64,000 bases of DNA, from the NCBI GenBank assembly GCA_964019335.1, contig OZ025656.1, positions 310,001 through 374,000 on the forward strand, read 5' to 3'. A model generated the notes under the pieces. The model saw nothing but the letters and a program-made list of their open reading frames with translations, was not told where the DNA came from and made no database searches. Positions within the stretch are counted from its first letter, which is position 1. Each line of letters opens with the position of its first letter. This DNA is from Diplonema japonicum. Its lineage: Eukaryota; Protista; Euglenozoa: Diplonemea. The position numbers and the translations under genes are program-made. This document shows, in pieces, positions 21,141 to 30,955 of the stretch.

Positions 21141-23708
21141 ATGCTGAGGTACGAAGATCTTGTGTTCACTTCAAAACTGGAGGAAGCTCTGGAGAAGATG
21201 CGTCAGATCCTCGGAAGGGAGAAGGACTCTGTGCAGGCTCTACGAGATGTGAGCCATGGGTACGAAGACAAGTACCAGGTGGCTGAGTTCCTCGGGGGCC
21301 TGGCGGTGGGGGGATGGTGGAACGCAGGGCGGGCGCTAGGGGCCAGCGAGGAGGTGGCACAGGAAACTGCATCTTGGGCTGCAAGCGGGGAAGCGATAAT
21401 GCTACGCTTCACAATGTCAACAACGTGCAAGTACCTGCGGAAGGAAACCAGAGAGGTGCAGCCCAGCTTCAGCACAGAAACAGAAACAGAAACAACAACA
21501 ACTTACAGCGAGAGACGCACAAGGACAAAAACCGTAGTGAAGGTGACGGAGCACTTCTGGAGGTTCGAGGCAACCTACACGCTGTCCGTGTACAAAGGGT
21601 CAGACGCGAGGGGGCAGTTGCCCATCTCCTCATCGAAGTGCTCTGCGACGATAAAAACTCTGAAATCGACGAAAGAGAGCCCTCCGTACCCATCCAGCAC
21701 GACGGGGAAACCTGTAGATGTGGACATCAGCAGCCTGGTGCGAGCGCTCGGTGAGGACGGCGTGGCGAAGGTGGAGATCGACCGCAGCAGCGACGAGACA
21801 CACACGCCACGGAGGAACAAGGTGACGGGGGAGCTATTCGCCTCGTTCGAGAGGCTCTGGGTGTGGGTCGACGCGGTATGGTGGGAATTCAACTCGCTCC
21901 CGAGCTGCCCCGACGCAACGCAGACAGACCCTTACAGCATCTTCAACCCCGTTGCCCCCGTCATGGGGAACACGGCAATAACGACCCTTCTTGTGGCACA
22001 AGCTGAGTCACTTGAGTCACTTCCCAACAATGCCGAGGAGACATTAACTTTGCACACACAGCGCGAGACGCACTTCCTGACTGTCCTGAACCACGTGCAG
22101 GCGCTGTCGGCTTCGTACTGCAATGGTGTCGACTACTTGGAGGAGACGCTGAGGAAGCAGCTGGAAGAGGCAGTTGGGAAGCAGCTCACTCCTGACGACT
22201 TCGGTGCGTACATGCAGCACCATTACAAAACCTTCTTCAAGTTGGAACAGCATCGCCCAAAAATGTTCTGCCACTCCGTGAGGCGGGAGGGGTGCTACCC
22301 AGACGGCGTCTTGAGCATCGTCTCGAGCAGCCAAGGCGAGGAAGCCCCTGTGGAGATGTTCCAACGGGCGTTTGGGAAACAGACAACTACGGTTCGGATC
22401 AACAGCTCCACGGTTGTGGCAATGGAGGGGGAGGTGGATGTCCACTGCTGGATGGGCCAGGCGTTCGAGTCAAAGCGAGGGCTGAGCGGCGGAGCGGTTC
22501 TGGCAGCAACAGCTAGGCAGTTCAGTTGCTTCGTGCTGCTGCTAGGGAAGCTGGGCTCCGGTAACGAGTTTCTCCCTTCAAACGCTTTAATCGTAAAAGA
22601 CAAGGACGAGGTGCGGATCCCTCTTGAAGTGGAAGCCATCCCTACGCCGAAGGCTTTCGAGGCAGCCGTTTCGTCACTGTCTCCAGAACAGCAGGAGTTC
22701 GCAGAGGCTTACAGAGTGATGCAACTAGAGGGGAGCCTGTTTGGTGTCGCCGTCGTGCAGATCAAGCCGCAGTTGGAGGAGCTCCTCAGGCTTCCTTCTG
22801 AGGCGCTCACGAAGGAGGTCGAGCTCACGCAGAGCATCCTGCAGCTCTTCATTGAGTACCATGTTCCTCCTGATCTTATCATGTTCTCCGAGCACGACGC
22901 ACTACCGAACCTACCCACTGCAGGGAAGGTCGAGATCGTGAGGGGGCACGTCAGCAAGGTACTCAACATGATACAGCAGGCGAAGGAGGGAGAGCTGAGG
23001 GAAAAGAGGATGCGCGATACTTATGCAAACGAAGGGTGTGTAAAAAGGAGGAGACGTTGCTCATCTTATGAGGATAGGGACAGGGACAGGGACAGGGGCA
23101 GGGATAGAAGGGGGGACACGAGGGAAGACAGGAGGGACGACAGGAGGGAAGATGTTTTAAGCAGAAGACTTAAGAACAAGACTTCAATGATGAAGACGCC
23201 CACAGCAGCACCCATGGCAGCACCTTTATCAACGAAAGACACGGACGAGTATGTGATGGTGCCCCCTGACGTGGAGGACCTCATGGAGCGCTTGGACCTT
23301 GGGGTGGAAGACTGGACAGAGACAGGGGCTGCGTTGCATCCTATGGATGAGATCCTGTCGATCCCCAGGCGGATGAACGACGCCTTGAAGAAGCACGACG
23401 GGAATGCAGCGCTGCATGCGGGTACCATCAAGACAGGCAAGCAGTGGACAAAGAAGACACGAAAGTCACTCCTTGCCGATGAGGTGACAGTCACACTGGA
23501 AACCTGGAGCGAAACAGCGAAAGCATACAGCCTGCTTGACTCGCTCACGAAGTCTGGAGCTGTGACGCTGCTGCACACCCACCTGCACGCGGTGACCCCC
23601 ACAGTGCACTTCTTCGACAGGTCCCTCGTCGACACCTTGGTGCAGAAGAACGTGAACCCCAAGGATGGAGCACTCCGCGATCCTCGTCAGTTCAGTCCTT
23701 CACAATGA
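21141..23708 (+). CDS. Uncharacterised protein; C-terminus possibly frameshifted near 23661
   Basis: 855 aa intronless ORF with coding-like composition; the +1 frame 23665-23778 may hold the real end. Confidence 0.8.
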   Translation: MLRYEDLVFTSKLEEALEKMRQILGREKDSVQALRDVSHGYEDKYQVAEFLGGLAVGGWWNAGRALGASEEVAQETASWAASGEAIMLRFTMSTTCKYLRKETREVQPSFSTETETETTTTYSERRTRTKTVVKVTEHFWRFEATYTLSVYKGSDARGQLPISSSKCSATIKTLKSTKESPPYPSSTTGKPVDVDISSLVRALGEDGVAKVEIDRSSDETHTPRRNKVTGELFASFERLWVWVDAVWWEFNSLPSCPDATQTDPYSIFNPVAPVMGNTAITTLLVAQAESLESLPNNAEETLTLHTQRETHFLTVLNHVQALSASYCNGVDYLEETLRKQLEEAVGKQLTPDDFGAYMQHHYKTFFKLEQHRPKMFCHSVRREGCYPDGVLSIVSSSQGEEAPVEMFQRAFGKQTTTVRINSSTVVAMEGEVDVHCWMGQAFESKRGLSGGAVLAATARQFSCFVLLLGKLGSGNEFLPSNALIVKDKDEVRIPLEVEAIPTPKAFEAAVSSLSPEQQEFAEAYRVMQLEGSLFGVAVVQIKPQLEELLRLPSEALTKEVELTQSILQLFIEYHVPPDLIMFSEHDALPNLPTAGKVEIVRGHVSKVLNMIQQAKEGELREKRMRDTYANEGCVKRRRRCSSYEDRDRDRDRGRDRRGDTREDRRDDRREDVLSRRLKNKTSMMKTPTAAPMAAPLSTKDTDEYVMVPPDVEDLMERLDLGVEDWTETGAALHPMDEILSIPRRMNDALKKHDGNAALHAGTIKTGKQWTKKTRKSLLADEVTVTLETWSETAKAYSLLDSLTKSGAVTLLHTHLHAVTPTVHFFDRSLVDTLVQKNVNPKDGALRDPRQFSPSQ

Positions 23709-23996
23709 AAAACCTTCTGCCCTCACACCCCCCGCCGCCTTGCACTCCTTTTTGAACCTTTCCGACCCTGCCGCCTGAAGCAGGAGGAGCGCTTCCACCT
23801 ATCCATTTAAATGCCTGCTCCTCAGCAGGTTTTTTTTTTTTTGAAAGAAAAAGAGAGAAAAAAAAAAACCTTTTTCATCGATCAAGTGCCTCTTTCGCTC
23901 TTTTGGCGTACTGGTTACCAATGAGCTCCCCCCTCTAGCTAAAGCGCTTTGGTCAAAAGGTTTGATATCGTACACAATTTTTTTTTCATACCCCCT

Positions 23997-24256
23997 CCCT
24001 TTTTAGGGCATGCGGCTTTCGCTCTGGGAGTTTGCATGTTAATTTGAGTTTTTTTTCTTTTTAATGACCGTGGTCGGGGAAAGTACTCTCCAAGCCTGCT
24101 GGGACGCTAGTAGGAGCCGTTGAAGGGTGCCTTTTGCCTGAAGAGGTCAGCACCTGTAGGAGTCGCAAGGTTTGACCGAAACTGAGAGATACCTAGTACT
24201 GACCATCCCCCCACCCCTTTTTAGGGCATGCAGCTTTCGTCTCAGGGAGCTTGCAT
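23997..24256 (+). repeat. Two copies of a ~42 nt hairpin-forming direct repeat
   Basis: CCCTTTTTAGGGCATGCRGCTTTCG...GGGAGYTTGCAT at 23997-24037 and 24215-24256. Confidence 0.85.
24071..24205 (+). ncRNA. Candidate multi-stem structured RNA (unassigned)
   Basis: Nested stems with G-U pairs, a GAA/AGUA internal loop and a CUGAAGA-stem-GAAA motif. Confidence 0.45.
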
Positions 24257-24342
24257 CTTACAAATATATATATCCCCCTCCCCCCCATGCTCCATCATCA
24301 ACGACTACCTCAGTATTTTCTATTTCTAAAAAAAAAAAAAAA

Positions 24343-25107
24343 ATGAGCCATTGGAGACACCAACATGCGGAGGACGGGTGGGCCATGGTGAAGGGGGATA
24401 TGTTGAAGATTGGCGGGTGCATTGCAGGGTGCTGGCTTTTCGATAAATTGGTGGCGACCCCTCTGTTCACGAAGAAGAAGGACGGGAAGATGGTGCAGGA
24501 CCAGAACGGCAGGTGGTTCTGCGTCCACGCTGCAGCCAACGCCGTCGTGTCGGCAGGGTGCATAGAAGACGTCGTGAAAACACTGATGGAACCAAGGCGG
24601 GCTGTGGACACCTCTCTCGACCGTCCTCTCCTGCCGGTGTACGCTGTGGGCGCGGTGCACTTTTACCACTGCATAGCTTTCGACAACTTAACCCCGGACG
24701 ATTGGTTCCACCACCTGGTCTTCGGTGGTAACATTGTGGGAATGGGTCTGGCCTTCAAGGCAGGACGGATCGTCAATGCACTCTCATTCACTCTATCAGG
24801 ATTCCCTGGTGGGGTGGACTATGTCCTCCTCTGTCTTGTCAAACTTGGTTACGTTACACCTTTATTCGAGAAGCGATGGAATGCGAGGATTATGACTTGG
24901 ATTAGGAACCCGCTCACAACAGTGCTGTCATACATATTGTTTACAGGGATTGCCTTCAAGGACGATATTAAGGCGTCCACGAAGATCGAGATTGCAGCTG
25001 CAGGGGTTGTCGCGCTGCTGGTGTACTTCAACGGTAACTACTACTCGCAAAAGGTGGTGGGGAACGCTTACCGAAAGGATGAGGATATTAACAAAGTGGG
25101 GTGTTAA
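24343..25107 (+). CDS. TLC (TRAM/LAG1/CLN8) domain-like membrane protein
   Basis: Several TM segments; HAAAN, DWFHHLVF, GFPGGVDYVLL. Confidence 0.7.
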   Translation: MSHWRHQHAEDGWAMVKGDMLKIGGCIAGCWLFDKLVATPLFTKKKDGKMVQDQNGRWFCVHAAANAVVSAGCIEDVVKTLMEPRRAVDTSLDRPLLPVYAVGAVHFYHCIAFDNLTPDDWFHHLVFGGNIVGMGLAFKAGRIVNALSFTLSGFPGGVDYVLLCLVKLGYVTPLFEKRWNARIMTWIRNPLTTVLSYILFTGIAFKDDIKASTKIEIAAAGVVALLVYFNGNYYSQKVVGNAYRKDEDINKVGC

Positions 25108-25963
25108 AAAGAGTTTTAGTTGTTTTTCTAGCGATGCGTGTGCTTATTGTGTTACAACCGCGGCGTGTGAGCAAGAATGGAGCCTTTTATTTATTTATTT
25201 TTTTTTTTTTTTTTTTTTCCGTCTTTTTCTTGTCTTATAAACGAATTACTTTTTTTTGATGCGTGTGATGTTTTTTTGTTTTTTTTTTATTGTCTATTTT
25301 TGTTTCTCTTTTTTTTTCTCCCCATTGTTTTTTTTTGTTTTTTTTTGTTTTTTTTGTTTTTTTTTTTTTGCTTTTACTTCAGTTTTCTCACAAAAAGGAG
25401 GAAAGAAAAAAGAGGGAAAAGGAAAGGAAAAAAAAAAAAGGGTTTGGAGGAGGAATTTAAAACGGTGAGAATGAAGTTACAAATATTTATCTTTCAAAGA
25501 AGATTTTTTAACTATATGCGCCGAGCAATAAAAAAAAAAAGATTCTCGTGCGAACAACAGAATGCGGACAACGAAGACATAAATAGTCGTGAGTAATTCT
25601 TCTTTTATTTATTTATTTATTTCTCCGCCACCTCTCCGTTCCTGATTCTTTTCTTCTTCTTCTTCTTCTTTTTTTTCTTCTTCTTTCCCTTTCATTATTT
25701 CCCTTCTGAATGGCTTTTCTTCTTCTTCTTTTTTTTACCTCTATTTCCGTGATTCTTTCTTTTTTTTTTTGATGCAAAAAACGCGTCTTTGACTTGTCTA
25801 AACAAAAGGGGAATATTGACAAGGTGCTTACTGGCTTATATTAGCTTCTGCAGGTTTTTACCCCGGCACGTACAAACAACAGCCAGGTTCTCTTTTTTTT
25901 CCGTCCCTCTGAAGATTTTTTTTTTTTTGTAATCCAAGAGGATGCGCGTGCTATTCACATTTC

Positions 25964-25994
<31 letters not shown>

Positions 25995-26307
25995 CCCAGT
26001 GTGTTATTATTTTTTTTCTTTCAAAAAAAAAGTCGGATTTGCTATTAGTACAAGCCGGTTCTTTTTTGATCCATCCGTACTCGCAGTTTGAAAGGGGAGG
26101 GGAAAGAAGAAGGGGAAAAAAAAAAAAAAAAAGAACAGGCCATACTTTTTTTGTTTCCGCTTCCTATATATTTTTTTTTTCTTCTATTCTTCATTGAAAG
26201 GAAATAGAAAAATATTTCTTTTTTTTTTAAAAAATTCCTCAACATCCCTCCCCTCCCTAAGAAGTGCTCGATAAGACATTAAAAAAAAAAAAAGATAAAT
26301 TAAAAAA

Positions 26308-27547
26308 ATGACGGGCTCTGCAACGGACTTGGGCTTGACTTTTATACAAAAGTACTACCACAGCATGTCTCTGACACCCAGCAACCTGGCGTCGATGTAC
26401 TCCACGTATGTTCCGAACTTTTTTTAATTTTTTTTATATATAAAAAAAAAAAAAAAACATCAGGACCTCCGAGATGGTGACGGAGACTGGTGACTCTGTG
26501 AAGGGTGTTGAGGACATCAAGCACGTTCTGAACAACAAGAGCCTCCAGGAGAGGAAGTTCAGGATCACCGGTCTTGCCAGCTACCCCAGCATCCACGACT
26601 CAGTCCTTGTGCTCGTGAGGGGTACCATGCTCACGAAGGAGGAGAGCCAGAACTTCGTGCAGACCTTTGTGCTCGGGAGGAGCAAGTCCGACAGCACTAC
26701 TTACTTCATCCGTAACGACATTCTTGAGTTCCGTGGTGTGGAAGAGCAGTGCGAAGCTGCTGCCCCTGCTCCCATCGAGGAGCCTGTGCCTGAGCCTGAG
26801 CCCGAGCCTGTGTACGAGCCTGAGCCAGAGCCCGAGCCGGAATACGTTGCGCCCGCCCCTGTTGTGGAGAAGGAGCCCACCCCTGAGCCCGTTGTTGAGG
26901 AGCCCAAGGAAGAGAAGCCGGCTACCCCTGTCCCCACCCCTCCCACCAAGCCTGTTGAGGCCCCCAAGCCCGTCACCCCTAAGCCCGAGCCTGTGGCTGT
27001 TTCCGGCTGGGCTGGTATCGTTGCCTCCTCTGCCACCGCAAGCTCCGGCCCCAGGAAGGTTCAGGTGTGCTCAGGTGGTGAGGTTCCCGGGATTGTGAAG
27101 GCCATGACCAAGGCCGAGAGGGACGAGAAGAAGGACAAGAAGAGGGGTGTGTCACCCAGCAAGGGCGGCAAGAGGGGCAGCTCCCCCCAGAGGTTCCCCA
27201 AGTCCTTCTCCATCTTCGTGTCTAACGTCGGGAAGGACACCACCAAGACAGAGATCGAGAAGCTCTTCGGGAAGTTCGGTAAGCTCACCGGTGCCCCCAC
27301 CGTCAACGCCGAGAGGGCCTACGCCTTCGTTGACTTCGCGGAGAAGAAGTCCATGGAGGACTCCATCGAGGCTTCCAACAACGACAAGGTCACCCTTGCC
27401 GACGGGCGGATCCTGAAGTGCCAGGAGAGGACCTCCCCGGAGAAGAGGCAGCAGTCCAAGGACGCCACCAACGCCACTAGGGGTCGCACTGGTGACAAGC
27501 CCCGCGGCATGAACGGCGCTCCTGCTTCCAGGTATTGGGGGAAGTAG
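26308..27547 (+). CDS. NTF2-RRM protein (G3BP/Bre5-like); join(26308..26405,26464..27547)
   Basis: FIQKYY...FVQTFVL...YFIRNDIL (NTF2), Pro/Glu linker, RRM SIFVSNV / YAFVDF. A 58 nt GTATG..CAG intron restores the N-terminus. A further intron at 27532-27578 is possible. Confidence 0.88.
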
Positions 27548-28046
27548 AAGGGGAAAAGAGAAAAAAAAAAAAAATTAGGAAGTAGATGTCTAGTTGATAA
27601 TGGGCACCATTAGTATTTAAAAAAAAAAAAAAAAAAAAAAATAAATAAATAAAAAAAGAGAGAAAAAAAAAAAAAAAAGAGAGAGAAAAAACATACGCGC
27701 ACACACATGCATTCTTCTTCCCCGTTTCCCAACCTCTTTTTTTATTTTATTTTCACAAACACTTTTTTTTTTTTTCCATGAATTTTTGCGAGGAGCTACA
27801 CTTTAAGGTATTATATTGCAAAGTTAATTTTATCGTTTTTATGTGTTGTGGTGTGTGTGTTTTTTCTTCCCCCTCTCTTAGCTTCGCGAATCATTACTCC
27901 ACTTAAACGGGGGGGGGGGGGTGGAAAATAAAGAACCGGAATACTCTTTGGAAGAAAGAAAAGGTTACCAGCCAAGAAAAAAAAAAAAAACCTCTTCACA
28001 ACAAAAAGCCCATTTTCTCGGCTCCATCACCATTCAGGTTTCTTCT

Positions 28047-28086
<40 letters not shown>

Positions 28087-28210
28087 GGTGCCCCCACCGG
28101 CTTCCTTTAAATCATCGAGTTTCTTTTTTTTTTTTCCCTTTTCCGAATATTTAAAATTTGCTGTTTGCTCACTTTTTTTTTATTCATTACTTTTCGTAGA
28201 CGAATAGAAG

Positions 28211-28241
<31 letters not shown>

Positions 28242-28790
28242 CGAAAGGGAAAATTGTGGTAAGGGTTTGACATCCTTTTCTCTTTTCTTGAATAACACAG
28301 GATGTTGGGGGAAAAAAGGAAATCAATAAAGAACAGGTAGCATACCAAAGAAACTACAATTTTTCAACCTTTCAATTCCACTTAGATTAAAAAAAACAAA
28401 AATAATACCCCCCCACATTTTTTCACTCTTCCCTCCCTCTGATCAAGTGACGCGCGCAAATTAAACAAAAAGAGAAAAAAAATAATAATAAAAAAAGAAG
28501 AATGGGGAATGGGAGAGATTTTGAGGCCCGGACTTTAAAGGAAAAAGAAAATGGGGAAGTACATTTACTAATAGCATCAAAATCCCCTCGGGGTGAAAAG
28601 CCCCCCCCCCCCCCCCCCCTCCTTTTACTTGTTTTATTTTTTATTCCCATCCCGTTCCCATGCACCCCCCATTTTTTTTCTCTAACCTCAGCCCCCCTTC
28701 CTCAGTGCTATCATTTTTACCACCCCGCTTTTCCCCCTCCTGAAAGGAACTTTAAGCTTTTTTTCAACATGTTTGGTAGACTTCGGAGGC

Positions 28791-28825
<35 letters not shown>

Positions 28826-29281
28826 AAAAGGAACGTTGGAGGAAAGGAGAAAAATCAGTGTCCTTTTTTTTTTTTTTTCGTTTCTCTCTTTTTATTTATT
28901 TATTTACTACTTCCTTTTTCTTTTTCAGCATATTCCATAACCACTCGTTGTTGAAGACAGGAGGGGGGGAAAAACCTTGTTTTTTTTATCCCTCTGCTGA
29001 GTATAATTTGTTCTTTTCCTTTTATTTATTTTTTTACCCCCCCCAACAAAAAACCTTCCCTTTTTTATTATTATTACCCTCGAAAAAAAAATATCCCCAA
29101 CCAGAAATAAAAAGCTCCTCGCCCCCCCCCCCCCCCCCCCTACCACCCCCCCTTTTTTTACTTTTCCTCCTTCCCTCTCCTTTTTTTTTCTTTTCATCAA
29201 AAAAGGAATTCTTTTTTTTTTTTCTCTATTTTTTTTTGTGCATTTATTTATTCCCTCCAAAAAAAAAGGGAATAAAAGAAA

Positions 29282-30150
29282 ATGTCTAAGTACGACACTG
29301 ATGTCACAAGGTGGAGCCCTGAAGGGAGGCTTCACCAAATGGAGTACGCAATGAAGGCGGTGGAGAAGGGAAATGCAGCGGTCGGTGTAAGGAGCAAGAC
29401 ACATTCTGTCATAACGGCGTTGAAGAGAACCCCACAGGCAGAACTGGCGTCGTATCAGGAGAAGGTTTTTGGCCTCGACCCTAAGATGGGAATGGCGATC
29501 GCTGGCCTTACTTCCGACGCACGCGAGCTGGCGAATTACATGAGAAACGAATGTATGAACCACCGGTATGTTTTTTTTTTTTTTTTTAAAACTTTCCCCT
29601 TCCAGTTACGTCTTTGACGATGTGCTCCCTGTAGGCCGTCTTGTTGACCAGGTGGGCAGCAAGCATCAGGCAAACACCATGAGGCCTGGCCGCCGCCCTT
29701 ACGGGGTAGGGTGCATCATCATAGGGTACGACGACGCTGCCCGTTTGTACCGCACGTGTCCCTCTGGCAACTACTACAACTACAAGGGGATTGCGATTGG
29801 CCATAGGTCGCAGTCGGCACGAACATACCTCGAGAGGCATTATGAAAAATTTGACGATAGTATGCAGAGAGGAGGGGGGAAATTAAAAAAATAAAAAAGT
29901 GCCCATCGATGATCTTGTAAATGTTGCCCTCCAAGCCCTCGCCACCACCTGTGCTGACGGTGTGGAACTCAAACCTGAAAACACCACCATCGCCATCGTT
30001 GGTGAAGACAGGGACTTCACCGCCTTCAATGGTATGCCGCTGGAGAAACAAAAAAAAAAAAAAAAAAAAACTCCAGATGAAGAAGCGAAAAAATGGCTCG
30101 ACACTTTCAGGGCGGAGCCAAAGTCAGATGAAATGGAAGTGGATTCGTAA
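29282..30150 (+). CDS. PSMA1: 20S proteasome subunit alpha6 (alpha type-1); introns 29566-29605, 29860-29899, 30032-30076
   Basis: YDTDVTRWSPEGRLHQMEYA, ELASYQEK, RRPYGVG, SQSARTYLE. Three GTATG..AG introns give one continuous frame. Confidence 0.92.
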
Positions 30151-30661
30151 ATATAAAAAAAAGAGGGGGGGGGAGGTGTGCTTTAGATATTCTACACAGT
30201 TTTTTTTTCTTTCTCCATTTAAAACCGGGACCAGGGAGGGGGGGGGGGGGACGAAGAAAAAAAAAGAGGCTTTTAATAACCTAGAGAGTGGTGATGAGGG
30301 AGAAGGGGTGGTGGTATCGGTCGTAAGAGACAAGGAATTTGCTTCCATTTGGTTTTTTTTTTCCCACCCCTTAACTTTATGAAGTGTTTTATTCTCTTTT
30401 TTTTTTCCTAACAGTTTTCTTTTTTTTTTTCCTCATCCCATCCTTCTCTCTCTCTCTCTCTCTCTCCCCCCCCCCCCCATTTTGTTGAGTGTGGTAGAGT
30501 TAAATTTCTTATAACAAAGGAAAAAAAAGAAATATCCACCCCCCTCCCCTTATTTTTTTTTCTCTAGCTACTCCGTATTTCCATATTCGTTCCTCAGATG
30601 CGTGGAAAAAAAAAAATCTAAAATAGTTTTTGATATTTACACAAAAAAAAGAGGGGTAACA

Positions 30662-30913
30662 ATGGGCAAAATCGCATCCGAAAAAAAACCAGTAAACTTC
30701 GCCGGGAGCCCGGATGTTTACAGCTCGAATGGATACTACACCTTCAACGGGAAGAGTTCGTGTGGCGTAGATAAAACCACTTTGCAGCAAGTCTGCAAAT
30801 ATACACTGCACCCGACGGCCCCTGGAGTCGACATGGCAGAGAACACCGGTTTGGCCAAAGGCGATAAAATGCCAGATTATAACAAGTGCGCTTATTCTTA
30901 TAAAAAAAAATAA
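30662..30913 (+). CDS. Small hypothetical protein (83 aa)
   Basis: Non-repetitive open frame between homopolymer tracts; co-oriented with its neighbours. Confidence 0.55.
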   Translation: MGKIASEKKPVNFAGSPDVYSSNGYYTFNGKSSCGVDKTTLQQVCKYTLHPTAPGVDMAENTGLAKGDKMPDYNKCAYSYKKK

Positions 30914-30955
30914 AAAATAAATTTTTATCAAAAAAAAAAAAGGGTGGGGGGAACC

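Noticed and set aside
24138-24198. Canonical hammerhead ribozyme
   Set aside because: Core and stem II fit, but no valid stem I adjoins a cleavage triplet; reported only as partial.
24125-24250. TPP riboswitch, RNase P/MRP or U5 identity for the structured island (GGGTG..CTGAGA, GGAAAGT, GCCTTTT)
   Set aside because: Each matches only one short motif; the other required conserved elements are missing.
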